Source of the DNA: Gammaproteobacteria bacterium
GTDB taxonomy: Bacteria > Pseudomonadota > Gammaproteobacteria > Steroidobacterales > Steroidobacteraceae
NCBI GenBank assembly: GCA_947455595.1
Contig: CANGOP010000015.1
Span: 3,812-67,811, forward strand
Reading direction: 5' to 3'
DNA: 64,000 bases
Shown here in pieces: positions 45,110-53,902 of this stretch (within the stretch, counting starts at the first letter, position 1; each line of letters begins with the position of its first letter). Made by a program: the position numbers and the translations under genes. Below the pieces are notes generated by a model, which was not told the origin of the DNA, did not search any database, and worked only from the letters and a program-made list of their open reading frames with translations.

Positions 45110-46432
45110 TTAGGCGTCGGCTGCGCTGTCGGCGGCGGCTAACTCGGCGAGCGTCGTCTGTCGCAGCGCATGCCCGATCGCCTCGTCGATGCGCTGGGTT
45201 GCCGCGCGCACCACGTCCGGCGTTTGCGCCTCGGTCAGTAAGATCGCCCTGCCGAAACCGGCGTCGCGAATCGCCAATACAATCGCGTCCAGATGAATGG
45301 TGCTCGGATCACGCCCTAGAAGCAGTCGTTCGCGAGTGGTGATCTCGAGAAGTCCCGCGACGTCGAGTGCCTCGACGATCGGTTGCAGCGCTAGGGAGGG
45401 TACATCAAGCGTCTGGGCCAAACTCGCGACCGTCAATCGTTCACCCACCTGCAAGCTGCGCGTAATGCCGAGCATGGTCGCCAGTGCGAGTTGTTCACGT
45501 AAGCGTGCAGTCGCCACGACATCGCGTTGGCCTGACCGCAGGTACTCTGGATGCTGCAGGTAGAAAGCGAGCAGCGCGCCCGTCAACAGGATCAGCCAAT
45601 TCAACCACAGCCACATCAGGGCGACGAGCACGATGGAGAAGCCCGCATACACCGCCACCATCTGCGTGGAATAGGCCACCACGACCGTAAAGCCGTAACT
45701 GGCCGCTACCCAGACGGTGGAGGATGCGAATGCAGCCCAGAAGGCGGCCCGTCGCGAGACCCGTGTGTTGGGAATAAAGGCGTACAGGAATCCGAAGCCC
45801 AAAGTGCCGGCGACGACGGGGGCCATGTGACCCGCCATTCCCTTGAGCCAACTCAATGACGGCGTTGCGGTCAGGTGCGCTATCCAACTGCTCGTCCCGA
45901 TGGAGGCAGTCAACCCTAACGCGGTGGCGACGACGATCGGGCCGATGATGAGAACGCCAACGTATTCGCCGATGCGTTTTCCCAAGCTGCGTGGGCGAGC
46001 AACTTGCCAGATATGGTTGCAGGCATCCTCGACTTTTTGCACCACGGACACAGCTGTCCACAATAAAAAAGCGAGGCCCACGGATCCAACGACGCCGCCC
46101 TCCATGTGATCGACAAAGATGATGATGCGTCGGGTCAGTTCACCGCTGTTGTCGCCGAGCGGGCGGAAGAACTCAGCCAAAATGGGCGCGAGGCTGTGCT
46201 GAAACCCGAGGCCCTTGAGCACGGAGAAACTGAATGCGCACAGCGGGACCGTTGAGAGCAATGAGGTGAAGACGAGACCCACGGCGCGCAGGTTGAGATC
46301 GCCGATGGCGAGGTCACGCGTGATCGCCCAGATATAGCGGGCGAGGCGCTGCAGCACGACGCCGCTTCGCCCCAGATGGCGCGGTGGTGGCCCGAAAAGG
46401 GCATTCTCAACCGCACCAAGCGTTGCGTTCAC
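45110..46432 (-). CDS. yihY: YihY/BrkB-family inner membrane protein with C-terminal soluble extension
   Basis: 440 aa. About 6 TM segments in the first ~300 aa, then a ~130-aa non-membrane tail. Confidence 0.8.
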   Translation of the reverse strand: MNATLGAVENALFGPPPRHLGRSGVVLQRLARYIWAITRDLAIGDLNLRAVGLVFTSLLSTVPLCAFSFSVLKGLGFQHSLAPILAEFFRPLGDNSGELTRRIIIFVDHMEGGVVGSVGLAFLLWTAVSVVQKVEDACNHIWQVARPRSLGKRIGEYVGVLIIGPIVVATALGLTASIGTSSWIAHLTATPSLSWLKGMAGHMAPVVAGTLGFGFLYAFIPNTRVSRRAAFWAAFASSTVWVAASYGFTVVVAYSTQMVAVYAGFSIVLVALMWLWLNWLILLTGALLAFYLQHPEYLRSGQRDVVATARLREQLALATMLGITRSLQVGERLTVASLAQTLDVPSLALQPIVEALDVAGLLEITTRERLLLGRDPSTIHLDAIVLAIRDAGFGRAILLTEAQTPDVVRAATQRIDEAIGHALRQTTLAELAAADSAADA

Positions 46433-46477
46433 ATTTGTCCTATCGGTCGCACAGGCACCGTCGCGCGTCAGCCGGAT

Positions 46478-47374
46478 TTAGGCCGTCAGTCGGCGCAGTG
46501 CTTCCAGATAATTCTCCGTCGTCCGGCGGATGACCTCCTCCGGCAGAGCGGGCCCTGGCGCTTTCTTGTTCCAGTCGAGCGTTTCCAGATAATCGCGCAC
46601 GTACTGCTTGTCGAAGGACGGTGGATTCTGCCCCGGCTGGTACTGATCCGCCGGCCAGAAACGAGAAGAGTCCGGGGTCAGGATTTCATCAATCAACACC
46701 AGGCGATCGTCACGATCGACCCCGAATTCGAACTTCGTATCGGCGATGATGATGCCGCGTTGCCGCGCGTGTTCAGAGGCAAACGCGTAAAGCTCAAGCG
46801 CGGTGCGGCGAATCTCTTCCGCGCGCGCAAGGCCAATTTTCTCAACGATCACGTCGAACGAGACGTTCTCGTCGTGTTCGCCAACGGCGGCTTTGGTCGC
46901 CGGCGTGAAGATGGGCGCTGGTAGTCGGTCGGCCATTCGCAGCCCCGCGGGGAGCTGAATGCCACAGATCGCTCCCGTCGCCTGATAATCCTTCCAGCCA
47001 CCGCCAATCACATAACCCCGCACGACAGCTTCCACCGGCAACGCGTGCAACCGTTGTACGACGATGGCGCGTCCCGCCAGCAGTGCGCGATCTTGCGGAT
47101 CGGTCACGAACTCCTCGACCGAACGGCCGGTGAGGTGATTGCGCACGATATGGCTCGTCCGCTCGAACCAGAAATTCGAAATCTGCGTGAGGACCCGGCC
47201 CTTCTCAGGGATCGGGTTCGGCATCACCACGTCGAACGCGGACAGACGATCGGTCGTGACAATGAGCATGTGGGCGTCATCGAGCGCGTAGACATCCCGC
47301 ACCTTGCCACGATGAATGAGGTCGAGGCCCTTGAGGGCAGTCTCGAAGACGGGATTGACGGACGGGGAGTTCAT
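46478..47374 (-). CDS. purC: Phosphoribosylaminoimidazole-succinocarboxamide synthase (long form)
   Basis: 298 aa, ...HRGKVRDVYALDDAHMLIVTTDRLSAFDV... Confidence 0.95.
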   Translation of the reverse strand: MNSPSVNPVFETALKGLDLIHRGKVRDVYALDDAHMLIVTTDRLSAFDVVMPNPIPEKGRVLTQISNFWFERTSHIVRNHLTGRSVEEFVTDPQDRALLAGRAIVVQRLHALPVEAVVRGYVIGGGWKDYQATGAICGIQLPAGLRMADRLPAPIFTPATKAAVGEHDENVSFDVIVEKIGLARAEEIRRTALELYAFASEHARQRGIIIADTKFEFGVDRDDRLVLIDEILTPDSSRFWPADQYQPGQNPPSFDKQYVRDYLETLDWNKKAPGPALPEEVIRRTTENYLEALRRLTA

Positions 47375-47467
47375 GGGACGTTGGTCGCCTCGCTGCTACC
47401 ATGCACGGCGAGGGGCCGCCACGGGCGTGCATTTTCGCAATCGACTGAAAGCAGGGTCAAGGAACGA

Positions 47468-48247
47468 ATGGGTTGGATTGGCAAAGTAGTGGGGGGAATC
47501 GTCGGTTTGGCGGCCGGACCCCTAGGAGCAGCTCTGGGTGTGCTGGTCGGCCACTCCTATGACGTGGCGGCTGACCAACGCGCGAATCAGACCCCCAACG
47601 GAGACTTTCAAGGTTTTTTCTTTGATACGGCCTTCGCCGTCATGGGATTTGTCGCCAAATCCGACGGTCGAGTCTCGGAATCAGAAATCGCCGCTGCCCG
47701 CAGCATCATGCAGGGCTTTCATTTCGATGAAGCCCATGTTGTCCGTGCCATATCCGCCTTTAATCGCGGCAAACAGGCGAGCTATCCGGTCGACGCGGAC
47801 ATCGTGCGACTGGTGCGGATTTGCGCCCCCCGCCCGGATCTCTTGGCACTTTTTCTCGAAATTCAGATGCGAGCCGTGTTGGCTGGCGAGGGGCTCGATG
47901 GTGGTCGGCGGCGGCTGATCGTCGAAATTGGCCGACGAATGGGCTTCGCCGATGCCCAAATTGAGGGATTGGAAGCGCTGTTGCGTCAGCAAACCGGGTC
48001 GAGGGCCGGTAGCGCGGCGCCTTCGCGGACGATGGGCATCCAGCCAGCCTATGGAGTTTTGGGAATATCGGTTTCTGCAAGCGACGCCGACGTCAAGAAA
48101 GCGTATCGTCGCCTTATGAGCGAGAATCATCCCGACAAACTGGTCGCCAGGGGCCTGCCGGAGTCCATGCAGGACCTCGCCAAGGAAAAGACCCAGCGTA
48201 TTCGTGAAGCCTACGATGTCATTGCTGAACACCGTGGGATCCGCTGA
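47468..48247 (+). CDS. djlA: Co-chaperone DjlA (TerB-like plus C-terminal J domain)
   Basis: MGWIGKVVGGIVGLAAGPLGAALGVLVGHSYD resembles the E. coli DjlA N-terminus. J domain AYGVLGISVSASDADVKKAYRRLMSENHPDK. The track ORF from 47045 is an antisense read-through of purC. Confidence 0.88.
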   Translation: MGWIGKVVGGIVGLAAGPLGAALGVLVGHSYDVAADQRANQTPNGDFQGFFFDTAFAVMGFVAKSDGRVSESEIAAARSIMQGFHFDEAHVVRAISAFNRGKQASYPVDADIVRLVRICAPRPDLLALFLEIQMRAVLAGEGLDGGRRRLIVEIGRRMGFADAQIEGLEALLRQQTGSRAGSAAPSRTMGIQPAYGVLGISVSASDADVKKAYRRLMSENHPDKLVARGLPESMQDLAKEKTQRIREAYDVIAEHRGIR

Positions 48248-48248
48248 G

Positions 48249-48614
48249 ATGACGACCGTAACCAACGCCCCGTTGCCGGCAGCCTTGCAAGCCTTCTTCC
48301 GCGTCGCCGATGCGTGGGAGTTATCGGAAACCCAGCAGTGCAAGTTGCTGCGGTGTCCCTCCAGTGCCGTTTTGCGCCGTTACCGCGTGGGGCAGGGGCC
48401 GCGACTCACGCCAGCCCAGCAGAAACGTATTCAGATCGTGACCGGTATCCAGGCCGCCCTTTCCAAGAATGGAATGTCCGGAGAGCGTGCTTTCCAGTGG
48501 GTGCACGAGCCTCGCCGTGAGGCGCCTTTTAAGGGCGAAACGCCGGTTCATTACATGATGGACGGGGGCGTGGATGCTCTCGTCGCCGTCGCCCACCTCC
48601 TGTCGGGCCGTTGA
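48249..48614 (+). CDS. Xre-like HTH / DUF2384 (MbcA/ParS-type) antitoxin-like protein, no adjacent toxin
   Basis: 121 aa. N-terminal HTH-like LSETQQCKLLRCPSSAVLRRYR. C-terminal W..EP...F.GETPVHYMMDGGVDALVAVAHLL resembles the DUF2384 signature. Confidence 0.5.
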   Translation: MTTVTNAPLPAALQAFFRVADAWELSETQQCKLLRCPSSAVLRRYRVGQGPRLTPAQQKRIQIVTGIQAALSKNGMSGERAFQWVHEPRREAPFKGETPVHYMMDGGVDALVAVAHLLSGR

Positions 48615-48632
48615 TCGCCCCAAGGTCTCGTC

Positions 48633-49313
48633 ATGCTGCAACCGTTGATTGCGCCTTCGATCCTATCCGCTGATTTTGCCCGTTTGGGCGACGATGTGGC
48701 GGCAGTCTTGGCCGCGGGCGCTGATGTCGTCCACTTCGACGTGATGGATAACCATTACGTGCCCAATCTCACGATTGGACCTCTGGTCTGCGAAGCGTTG
48801 CGCAAGTACGGCGTGACGGCCCCCATCGATGTGCATCTGATGGTCAAGCCGGTGGACCGCCTCATCCCGGATTTCGCGGCGGCGGGCGCCTCGTGGATCA
48901 CCTTCCATCCGGAAGCCTCCGAGCACGTCGATCGGACCCTAGGTCTGATCCGCGAACACGGCTGTAAGCCTGGGTTGGTGCTCAATCCGGCCACCCCGCT
49001 GAGCGTGTTGGATCACGTCATGGATAAGGTCGACATGATTCTGGTGATGTCGGTGAACCCGGGCTTCGGTGGGCAGAAATTCATCCCGCATGCGCTGGAA
49101 AAGCTCCGCCTCATTCGTGAGCGGATTACCGCATCGGGCCGTGAGATTCGCCTCGAAATCGACGGTGGCGTCAAAGTCGACAACATCGGCGCGATTGCTG
49201 CCGCGGGCGCCGATACGTTCGTGGCGGGGTCGGCTATTTTCGGTGCGGCCGACTACGCCGCAACGATCGCGGCGATGCGCCGCGAGATTTCCCCAGGGAC
49301 CGCCGGGCGCTGA
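48633..49313 (+). CDS. rpe: Ribulose-phosphate 3-epimerase
   Basis: 226 aa, ...[16 protein letters not shown]...[14 protein letters not shown]... Confidence 0.95.
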   Translation: MLQPLIAPSILSADFARLGDDVAAVLAAGADVVHFDVMDNHYVPNLTIGPLVCEALRKYGVTAPIDVHLMVKPVDRLIPDFAAAGASWITFHPEASEHVDRTLGLIREHGCKPGLVLNPATPLSVLDHVMDKVDMILVMSVNPGFGGQKFIPHALEKLRLIRERITASGREIRLEIDGGVKVDNIGAIAAAGADTFVAGSAIFGAADYAATIAAMRREISPGTAGR

Positions 49314-49316
49314 GGG

Positions 49317-50027
49317 TTAGTCAGCGCGGTTGCGGGCGATGCGATCGCGCATTTCCTTGGTCGGCACGACGGACGGTCGGCGGGGTTTTGGGCGCGCACC
49401 ATAGACAACGACGGTCTTGCCCGTCGCCTTCAGTAGACCCTGCTCTTCAAGGGTCTTCAGTACTCGCCCGGCCATTTCACGCGAGCAGCCGACCAAACGC
49501 GACAATTCCTGTCGGCTGACCTTGATCTGCATACCCTGTGGATGGGTCATGGCATCCGGCTCACCACACAGATCCATGATGGCATGCGCGACGCGGCCGA
49601 TGACGTCGACGAAGGCGAGGTCGCCCAACTTTTTGTTGGTTCGATCCAGACGGGTCGCGAGCTGCGTGGCCAACTCGAAAATAAGTCCCGGACTTTCTGC
49701 GGCAATTTGGCGGAAACGCGCATAAGTCATTTCGGCGAGTTCACACGACTGACGAGTACGCACCCAAGCGCTGCGTGTGGAGCCTTCGCTGAAGAGGCCC
49801 ATTTCGCCGAAGAACTGACCGCGGGAGAGGTAGGCCAACACCATCTCATTGCCTTCCTCATCCTCGATCATGACTTCGACCGAGCCGCTGATGATGTAGT
49901 AGAGGATATCTGGCAGATCGCCCGCATGAATGAGGACGGTCTTGGATGGAACCGAGCGAATACGGCAATAGCTCAGAAAGCGATTGATTGCCGGAACGTC
50001 GCCTATGAGCTTGACCTGATCGTCCAT
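49317..50027 (-). CDS. crp: CRP/Clp-like cyclic-nucleotide-binding global transcription regulator
   Basis: 236 aa. cNMP-binding domain (GQFFGEMGLF) plus C-terminal HTH (SRQELSRLVGCSREMAGRVLKTLEEQGL). Confidence 0.9.
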   Translation of the reverse strand: MDDQVKLIGDVPAINRFLSYCRIRSVPSKTVLIHAGDLPDILYYIISGSVEVMIEDEEGNEMVLAYLSRGQFFGEMGLFSEGSTRSAWVRTRQSCELAEMTYARFRQIAAESPGLIFELATQLATRLDRTNKKLGDLAFVDVIGRVAHAIMDLCGEPDAMTHPQGMQIKVSRQELSRLVGCSREMAGRVLKTLEEQGLLKATGKTVVVYGARPKPRRPSVVPTKEMRDRIARNRAD

Positions 50028-50112
50028 TGTCCCGCTTCCCCTTAACCCCAGTCTGTGATGAAGAACGTATAGAACATAATCAAGACAGTCGCAACCGCGA
50101 TCAAGCGATTCG

Positions 50113-50769
50113 CTAGAACCAATAGGCGCTCTTTGTCATGATTTTTGCGGTGTTTCGCATCAGGACCTGTACGGCGGCGGGCAAGCTCGCGCCGCCGAGA
50201 TTCATCGCATGGTCCCGATGGGCCGCTTCGTCGGCTTTCATTTGAATCAGGATGGCCCGGCTGCGGTCATCGTCCGCCGGCAACCGTTCCAGATGATGGT
50301 GGATATGGCCTTCCACCTGGCGTTCCGTTTCTGCGATAAATCCGAGGCTCATCGCATCGCCCGCAAGCCCGGCGGCCGCACCGAGGACGGCAGAGCCGAC
50401 GTACCAGAGCGGGCCGAGTAAGCTCGGGCGGGCGTCCAATTCCTGAAGACGCTGCGCGCACCACACGAGGTGATCGCCCTCCTCGCGCGCGGCTTCCATG
50501 AGAAAATCGCGGACGGCCGGGTCCCGCGCGACGAGTGCTTGGCCGTGATACAAGGCCTGCGCGGCGATCTCCCCGGCGTGGTTGACGCGCATCAAACCCG
50601 CTGAGTGGCGCCGTTGCGGGGGCTGCAAAGGGGTTGTTTCGCGCGCAACCGCGGGGGTGGGGGTTGGCCTGCCCGTCGCCGGTGGGCATCCGGTGGCGTT
50701 TTTAAGTGCATGATCCACAATGGAAATTAGCCGATCCAGAGCGGATTCTGTGCGCAGATTGTCTGTCAT
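50113..50769 (-). CDS. coq7: Di-iron ubiquinone biosynthesis hydroxylase Coq7
   Basis: 218 aa, ...[18 protein letters not shown]...EEGDHLVWC...ADEAAHRD... carboxylate-bridged di-iron motifs. Confidence 0.9.
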   Translation of the reverse strand: MTDNLRTESALDRLISIVDHALKNATGCPPATGRPTPTPAVARETTPLQPPQRRHSAGLMRVNHAGEIAAQALYHGQALVARDPAVRDFLMEAAREEGDHLVWCAQRLQELDARPSLLGPLWYVGSAVLGAAAGLAGDAMSLGFIAETERQVEGHIHHHLERLPADDDRSRAILIQMKADEAAHRDHAMNLGGASLPAAVQVLMRNTAKIMTKSAYWF

Positions 50770-50825
50770 GGGAGCACATTATGAACGTCCGAAAGCCGTG
50801 TTGGAGCGGGAGTTACCGACACCCT

Positions 50826-50853
50826 TTGCAAGTCTCAAAAAACCCCGTACAAT
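50826..50853 (+). promoter_or_regulatory. Candidate sigma70 promoter of rplM-rpsI (TTGCAA-N16-TACAAT)
   Basis: -35 at 50826-50831, -10 at 50848-50853, about 50 nt before the rplM ATG. The leader contains a GCCGGC...GCCGGC hairpin. Confidence 0.5.
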
Positions 50854-50902
50854 TCGCGGTCTTTCGCCGGCCCCACGCCGGCCCGACAGCCCTGAGTATT
50901 CC

Positions 50903-51334
50903 ATGAACACGGTTTTTGAAAAGTCTCAGACGGTGCGCCGCGATTGGCTCGTCGTCGATGCGTCTGGAAAGACGCTCGGCCGCTTGGCCACCGCACTCGC
51001 CGTTCGTCTGCGCGGCAAGCACAAGGCTTCCTATTCTCCGCACGTTGACTGTGGCGACAACATCATTGTCGTCAACGCCGAAAAGGTGGCAGTCACCGGC
51101 GCGAAGCTAACAGACAAGCTTTATTTCCATCACACGGGCGCCATCGGCGGCATCAAGAGCATTGCGCTCGGCAAGATGCTGAAGGAGCACCCGGAGCGCG
51201 CGATTGAGATTGCGGTCAAGGGAATGCTCCCGAAGGGTCCGCTCGGTCGCAAGATGTTTAAGAAGCTTCATGTGTATGCAGGCGGGGAACATCCCCACAC
51301 TGCGCAGCAGCCGCAGGCTGTTGAGCTCGCCTGA
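50903..51334 (+). CDS. rplM: 50S ribosomal protein L13
   Basis: 143 aa from [29 protein letters not shown]. The track ORF from 50720 is an upstream extension. Confidence 0.97.
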   Translation: MNTVFEKSQTVRRDWLVVDASGKTLGRLATALAVRLRGKHKASYSPHVDCGDNIIVVNAEKVAVTGAKLTDKLYFHHTGAIGGIKSIALGKMLKEHPERAIEIAVKGMLPKGPLGRKMFKKLHVYAGGEHPHTAQQPQAVELA

Positions 51335-51360
51335 AGTCCCGGATTCTCCAAGGTAAGACC

Positions 51361-51750
51361 ATGCCCACCACGTACTACGGCACCGGCCGCCGCAAAACTT
51401 CGACGGCCCGCGTCCACCTCTCGCCCGGCTCGGGCAAGATCACCATCAACGACCGCACGATCGAAGAATTCTTCGGACGTGAGACCGGTCGCATGATCGT
51501 TCGTCAGCCGCTTGAGCTCGTCCAGATGGCGAGCCACTTCGACGTCAAAGTCGCGGTGGATGGCGGTGGCATCACCGGCCAGGCTGGCGCGATCCGTCAC
51601 GGCATTACGCGTGCCTTGCTTCAGTACGACGAGACGCTGCGCAAGTCGCTGCGTACCGCCGGCTTTGTGACGCGTGACGCCCGTGAGGTCGAGCGTAAGA
51701 AGGTTGGTCGTCGTAAGGCGCGTCGCGGAACTCAGTTCTCGAAGCGTTAA
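51361..51750 (+). CDS. rpsI: 30S ribosomal protein S9
   Basis: 129 aa, ...[19 protein letters not shown]...[11 protein letters not shown]. Confidence 0.97.
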   Translation: MPTTYYGTGRRKTSTARVHLSPGSGKITINDRTIEEFFGRETGRMIVRQPLELVQMASHFDVKVAVDGGGITGQAGAIRHGITRALLQYDETLRKSLRTAGFVTRDAREVERKKVGRRKARRGTQFSKR

Positions 51751-51840
51751 GCCAGTCGCGGGTTCCGTCGGGTTTAGTGACCCGACGGACCGGTCTCCGC
51801 TGGACCGGTCGTGCCGCGAGTGGAAGTCGATTCCGGATAT

Positions 51841-51914
51841 TGGGGAATCGTCTAACGGTAGGACAGCGGACTCTGACTCCGTCAATCTAGGTTCGAATCC
51901 TAGTTCCCCAGCCA
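51841..51914 (+). tRNA. tRNA-Gln (anticodon CUG)
   Basis: Hand-folded cloverleaf. Acceptor UGGGGAA/UUCCCCA, D stem GUCU/GGAC, anticodon stem GCGGA/UCCGU with loop CUCUGAC, T arm CUAGG-UUCGAAU-CCUAG, encoded G-CCA end. Resembles E. coli tRNA-Gln. Confidence 0.92.
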
Positions 51915-51921
51915 AAACGTC

Positions 51922-51951
51922 AAGGCCCGCGCAAGCGGGCCTTGTCTTTTT
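51922..51951 (+). terminator. Rho-independent terminator after tRNA-Gln
   Basis: 9-bp stem AAGGCCCGC / GCGGGCCTT, GCAA tetraloop, then GTCTTTTT. Confidence 0.85.
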
Positions 51952-51998
51952 GATGGGTCTTCGGCGCACAATGTCGCCGGACAACTGGGAGTCTGCAG

Positions 51999-52916
51999 GT
52001 GTTGAAGATACCGAAGGGTCCGTTGCGTGGACTCATCTTGATGACCTTATTTGTGGCCAACACGATCGTGTTGGGCGGTGCCATTCTGGTCATCTCCGTC
52101 CTGAAAATCCTGATTCCAATTCCGCCGTTCCGACGATTCGTGAGTGCGGTGCTCATCGGGTTGGCTGAAGCGTGGGTATCGGTGAACGCCGCGCTGCTCA
52201 AGTTGACGCAACAAATTCAATGGCGGGTCACGGGACTTGAAGGCCTCAATCGCGACGGCTGGTATCTGATCATCGCCAACCATCGATCTTGGATGGATAT
52301 TTTGGCTTTGCAGACCGTGTTGAATCGGCGCGTGCCGTTTTTGAAATTCTTCATCAAAGATTCGCTGCGCTGGGTGCCCATCTTAGGTCTCGCGTGGTGG
52401 GCGTTGGATATGCCCTTCATGAAGCGCTACTCCAAAGAGCAGTTGGCTCGGCGACCGGAACTGCGCGGCACCGATCTCAAGGCGACCCAGCGGGCCTGCG
52501 AGAAATTCCGCGATCACCCGACATCCATTATTAATTTTGTAGAGGGCACTCGCTTCACCCCGGCCAAGCGACTGACGACGCGATCCCCTTATCAGCATCT
52601 GTTGCGACCGAAAGCCGGAGGCATCGCTTTCGTCATGGATGCACTCGGACCCATCCTACGCGACATGCTCGATGTGACGATTGCCTATCCCGCAGGTGAC
52701 GCCACTTTCTGGGATCTGTGTTGTGGCCGCGTGCCGCAGATCGTGGTGGACGTCCGTCGTCGGACTATTCCGACTCGTCAAGCGGCGGGTGATTACGTGG
52801 GCGATGACGCGTTCCGCGGCCGCTTCCAAGATTGGTTGGGCAACGTGTGGCTGGAAAAAGACGCGATGCTGACCGAATACTTAAACGGCCAGGATTCGAC
52901 GTCCACACAACCTTAG
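51999..52916 (+). CDS. Lysophospholipid/1-acyl-glycerol-3-phosphate acyltransferase family protein (YihG-like)
   Basis: 305 aa, N-terminal TM, HX4D motif ([11 protein letters not shown]), EGTRF motif. Confidence 0.85.
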   Translation: MLKIPKGPLRGLILMTLFVANTIVLGGAILVISVLKILIPIPPFRRFVSAVLIGLAEAWVSVNAALLKLTQQIQWRVTGLEGLNRDGWYLIIANHRSWMDILALQTVLNRRVPFLKFFIKDSLRWVPILGLAWWALDMPFMKRYSKEQLARRPELRGTDLKATQRACEKFRDHPTSIINFVEGTRFTPAKRLTTRSPYQHLLRPKAGGIAFVMDALGPILRDMLDVTIAYPAGDATFWDLCCGRVPQIVVDVRRRTIPTRQAAGDYVGDDAFRGRFQDWLGNVWLEKDAMLTEYLNGQDSTSTQP

Positions 52917-53572
52917 GCCGTCAGTGTTTCCACGCCGTTGGCCGAGCCGACCAAGAGCACATCGGCGGGCCGTCGAGCGAACAATCCGTTCGCCACCACG
53001 CCGACGATTCCATTGAGCGCGTCTTCGAGGCCTTTAGGATCGACGATCGCCAGATTGTGCACGTCAAGAATCACGTTGCCGTTATCAGTCACGACGCCTT
53101 CGCGATAGACCGGCTGCCCGCCGAGCTTCACGAGTTGGCGAGCGACGTATGAGCGCGCCATCGGAATGACTTCGATCGGTAGTGGGAAGCGGCCGAGCAC
53201 ATCAACGACCTTGGATTGGTCCACGATGCAGATGAAACGCCGCGAGGCAGCCGCCACGATTTTTTCTCGCGTCAGTGCTGCGCCACCGCCTTTGATTAGC
53301 TGAAGGTGGCGATTCGACTCGTCTGCGCCATCAACGTACACCTCAAGATCGCCGGTGAAGTTGAGATCGAGCACGTCGTAACCGGCAGCTTTGAGTAAGC
53401 GCGAGCTTGCTTCAGAACTGGAGACGGCGCCGGCGAGCTGAATCTTGCGCTCGGCGAGCGCTGCGATGAAGTGATTGACCGTCGAGCCCGTACCCACACC
53501 GAGTACGCATCCTTCCGGCACATAAGCCACGGCGGCTTCCGCTACTCGACGCTTCAGTTCATCGCTGTTCAT
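52913..53572 (-). CDS. rpiA: Ribose-5-phosphate isomerase A
   Basis: 219 aa, ...[10 protein letters not shown]..., ...DGADE..., ...[12 protein letters not shown]... Confidence 0.95.
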   Translation of the reverse strand: MNSDELKRRVAEAAVAYVPEGCVLGVGTGSTVNHFIAALAERKIQLAGAVSSSEASSRLLKAAGYDVLDLNFTGDLEVYVDGADESNRHLQLIKGGGAALTREKIVAAASRRFICIVDQSKVVDVLGRFPLPIEVIPMARSYVARQLVKLGGQPVYREGVVTDNGNVILDVHNLAIVDPKGLEDALNGIVGVVANGLFARRPADVLLVGSANGVETLTA

Positions 53573-53638
53573 CGAAAAACCCTATATATGCAGTGCAATC
53601 CGCATCCCATCCAATGAGCTTGGAGATTTCCGGGATGC

Positions 53639-53672
53639 AAAAAAGACTGTGCCCGCATACGCGGGCACAGTC
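53639..53672 (-). terminator. Strong intrinsic terminator between the micro-ORF and rpiA
   Basis: On the minus strand: GACUGUGCCCGC-GUAU-GCGGGCACAGUC (12 perfect bp) followed by U6. Confidence 0.8.
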
Positions 53673-53727
53673 AGCGAAGTATCAGGGGGTTTGGGTCGAG
53701 ACCGTCATCCCCGCAACTTCAAAAGGC

Positions 53728-53793
53728 TTACTTCTTCTTAGCAGCCTTCTTCTTCGTTGCCTTCTTCTTCGCAGCTTTCTTCTTGGTCGCCAT
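53728..53793 (-). CDS. 21-codon Lys/Ala-rich micro-ORF (MATKKKAAKKKATKKKAAKKK): small basic protein or leader peptide
   Basis: ATG preceded by GGAGA with a 6-nt spacer, TAA stop, candidate promoter upstream and strong terminator downstream. Not in the supplied track because it is shorter than the track cutoff. Confidence 0.45.
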   Translation of the reverse strand: MATKKKAAKKKATKKKAAKKK

Positions 53794-53828
53794 AGTAGTT
53801 CTCCAATTAAGAGTTAGTCCGGGGGTGG

Positions 53829-53860
53829 AGTATATACACAAAAAGTCAAATTACAAGCAA
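53829..53860 (-). promoter_or_regulatory. Candidate promoter for the micro-ORF (TTGCTT-N18-TATATA)
   Basis: AT-rich island in a GC-rich genome. On the minus strand: TTGCTT (53860-53855), 18-nt spacer, TATATA (53836-31, overlapping TATACT). Confidence 0.3.
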
Positions 53861-53902
53861 CCATCATTTTGTTGTGATAAGCCCGCGCATCATCACTGAT
53901 GA

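Noticed and set aside
47375-47467. Possible PurR-type operator in the purC/djlA divergent region.
   Set aside because: Nothing resembles the ACGCAAACGTTTGCGT palindrome. There are only short GCAA fragments.
50054-50069. CRP-like half-site TGTGA upstream of the crp-like gene (possible autoregulation).
   Set aside because: The second half-site is ACGTA rather than TCACA or TCGCA after the 6-nt spacer. A single pentamer match is expected by chance.
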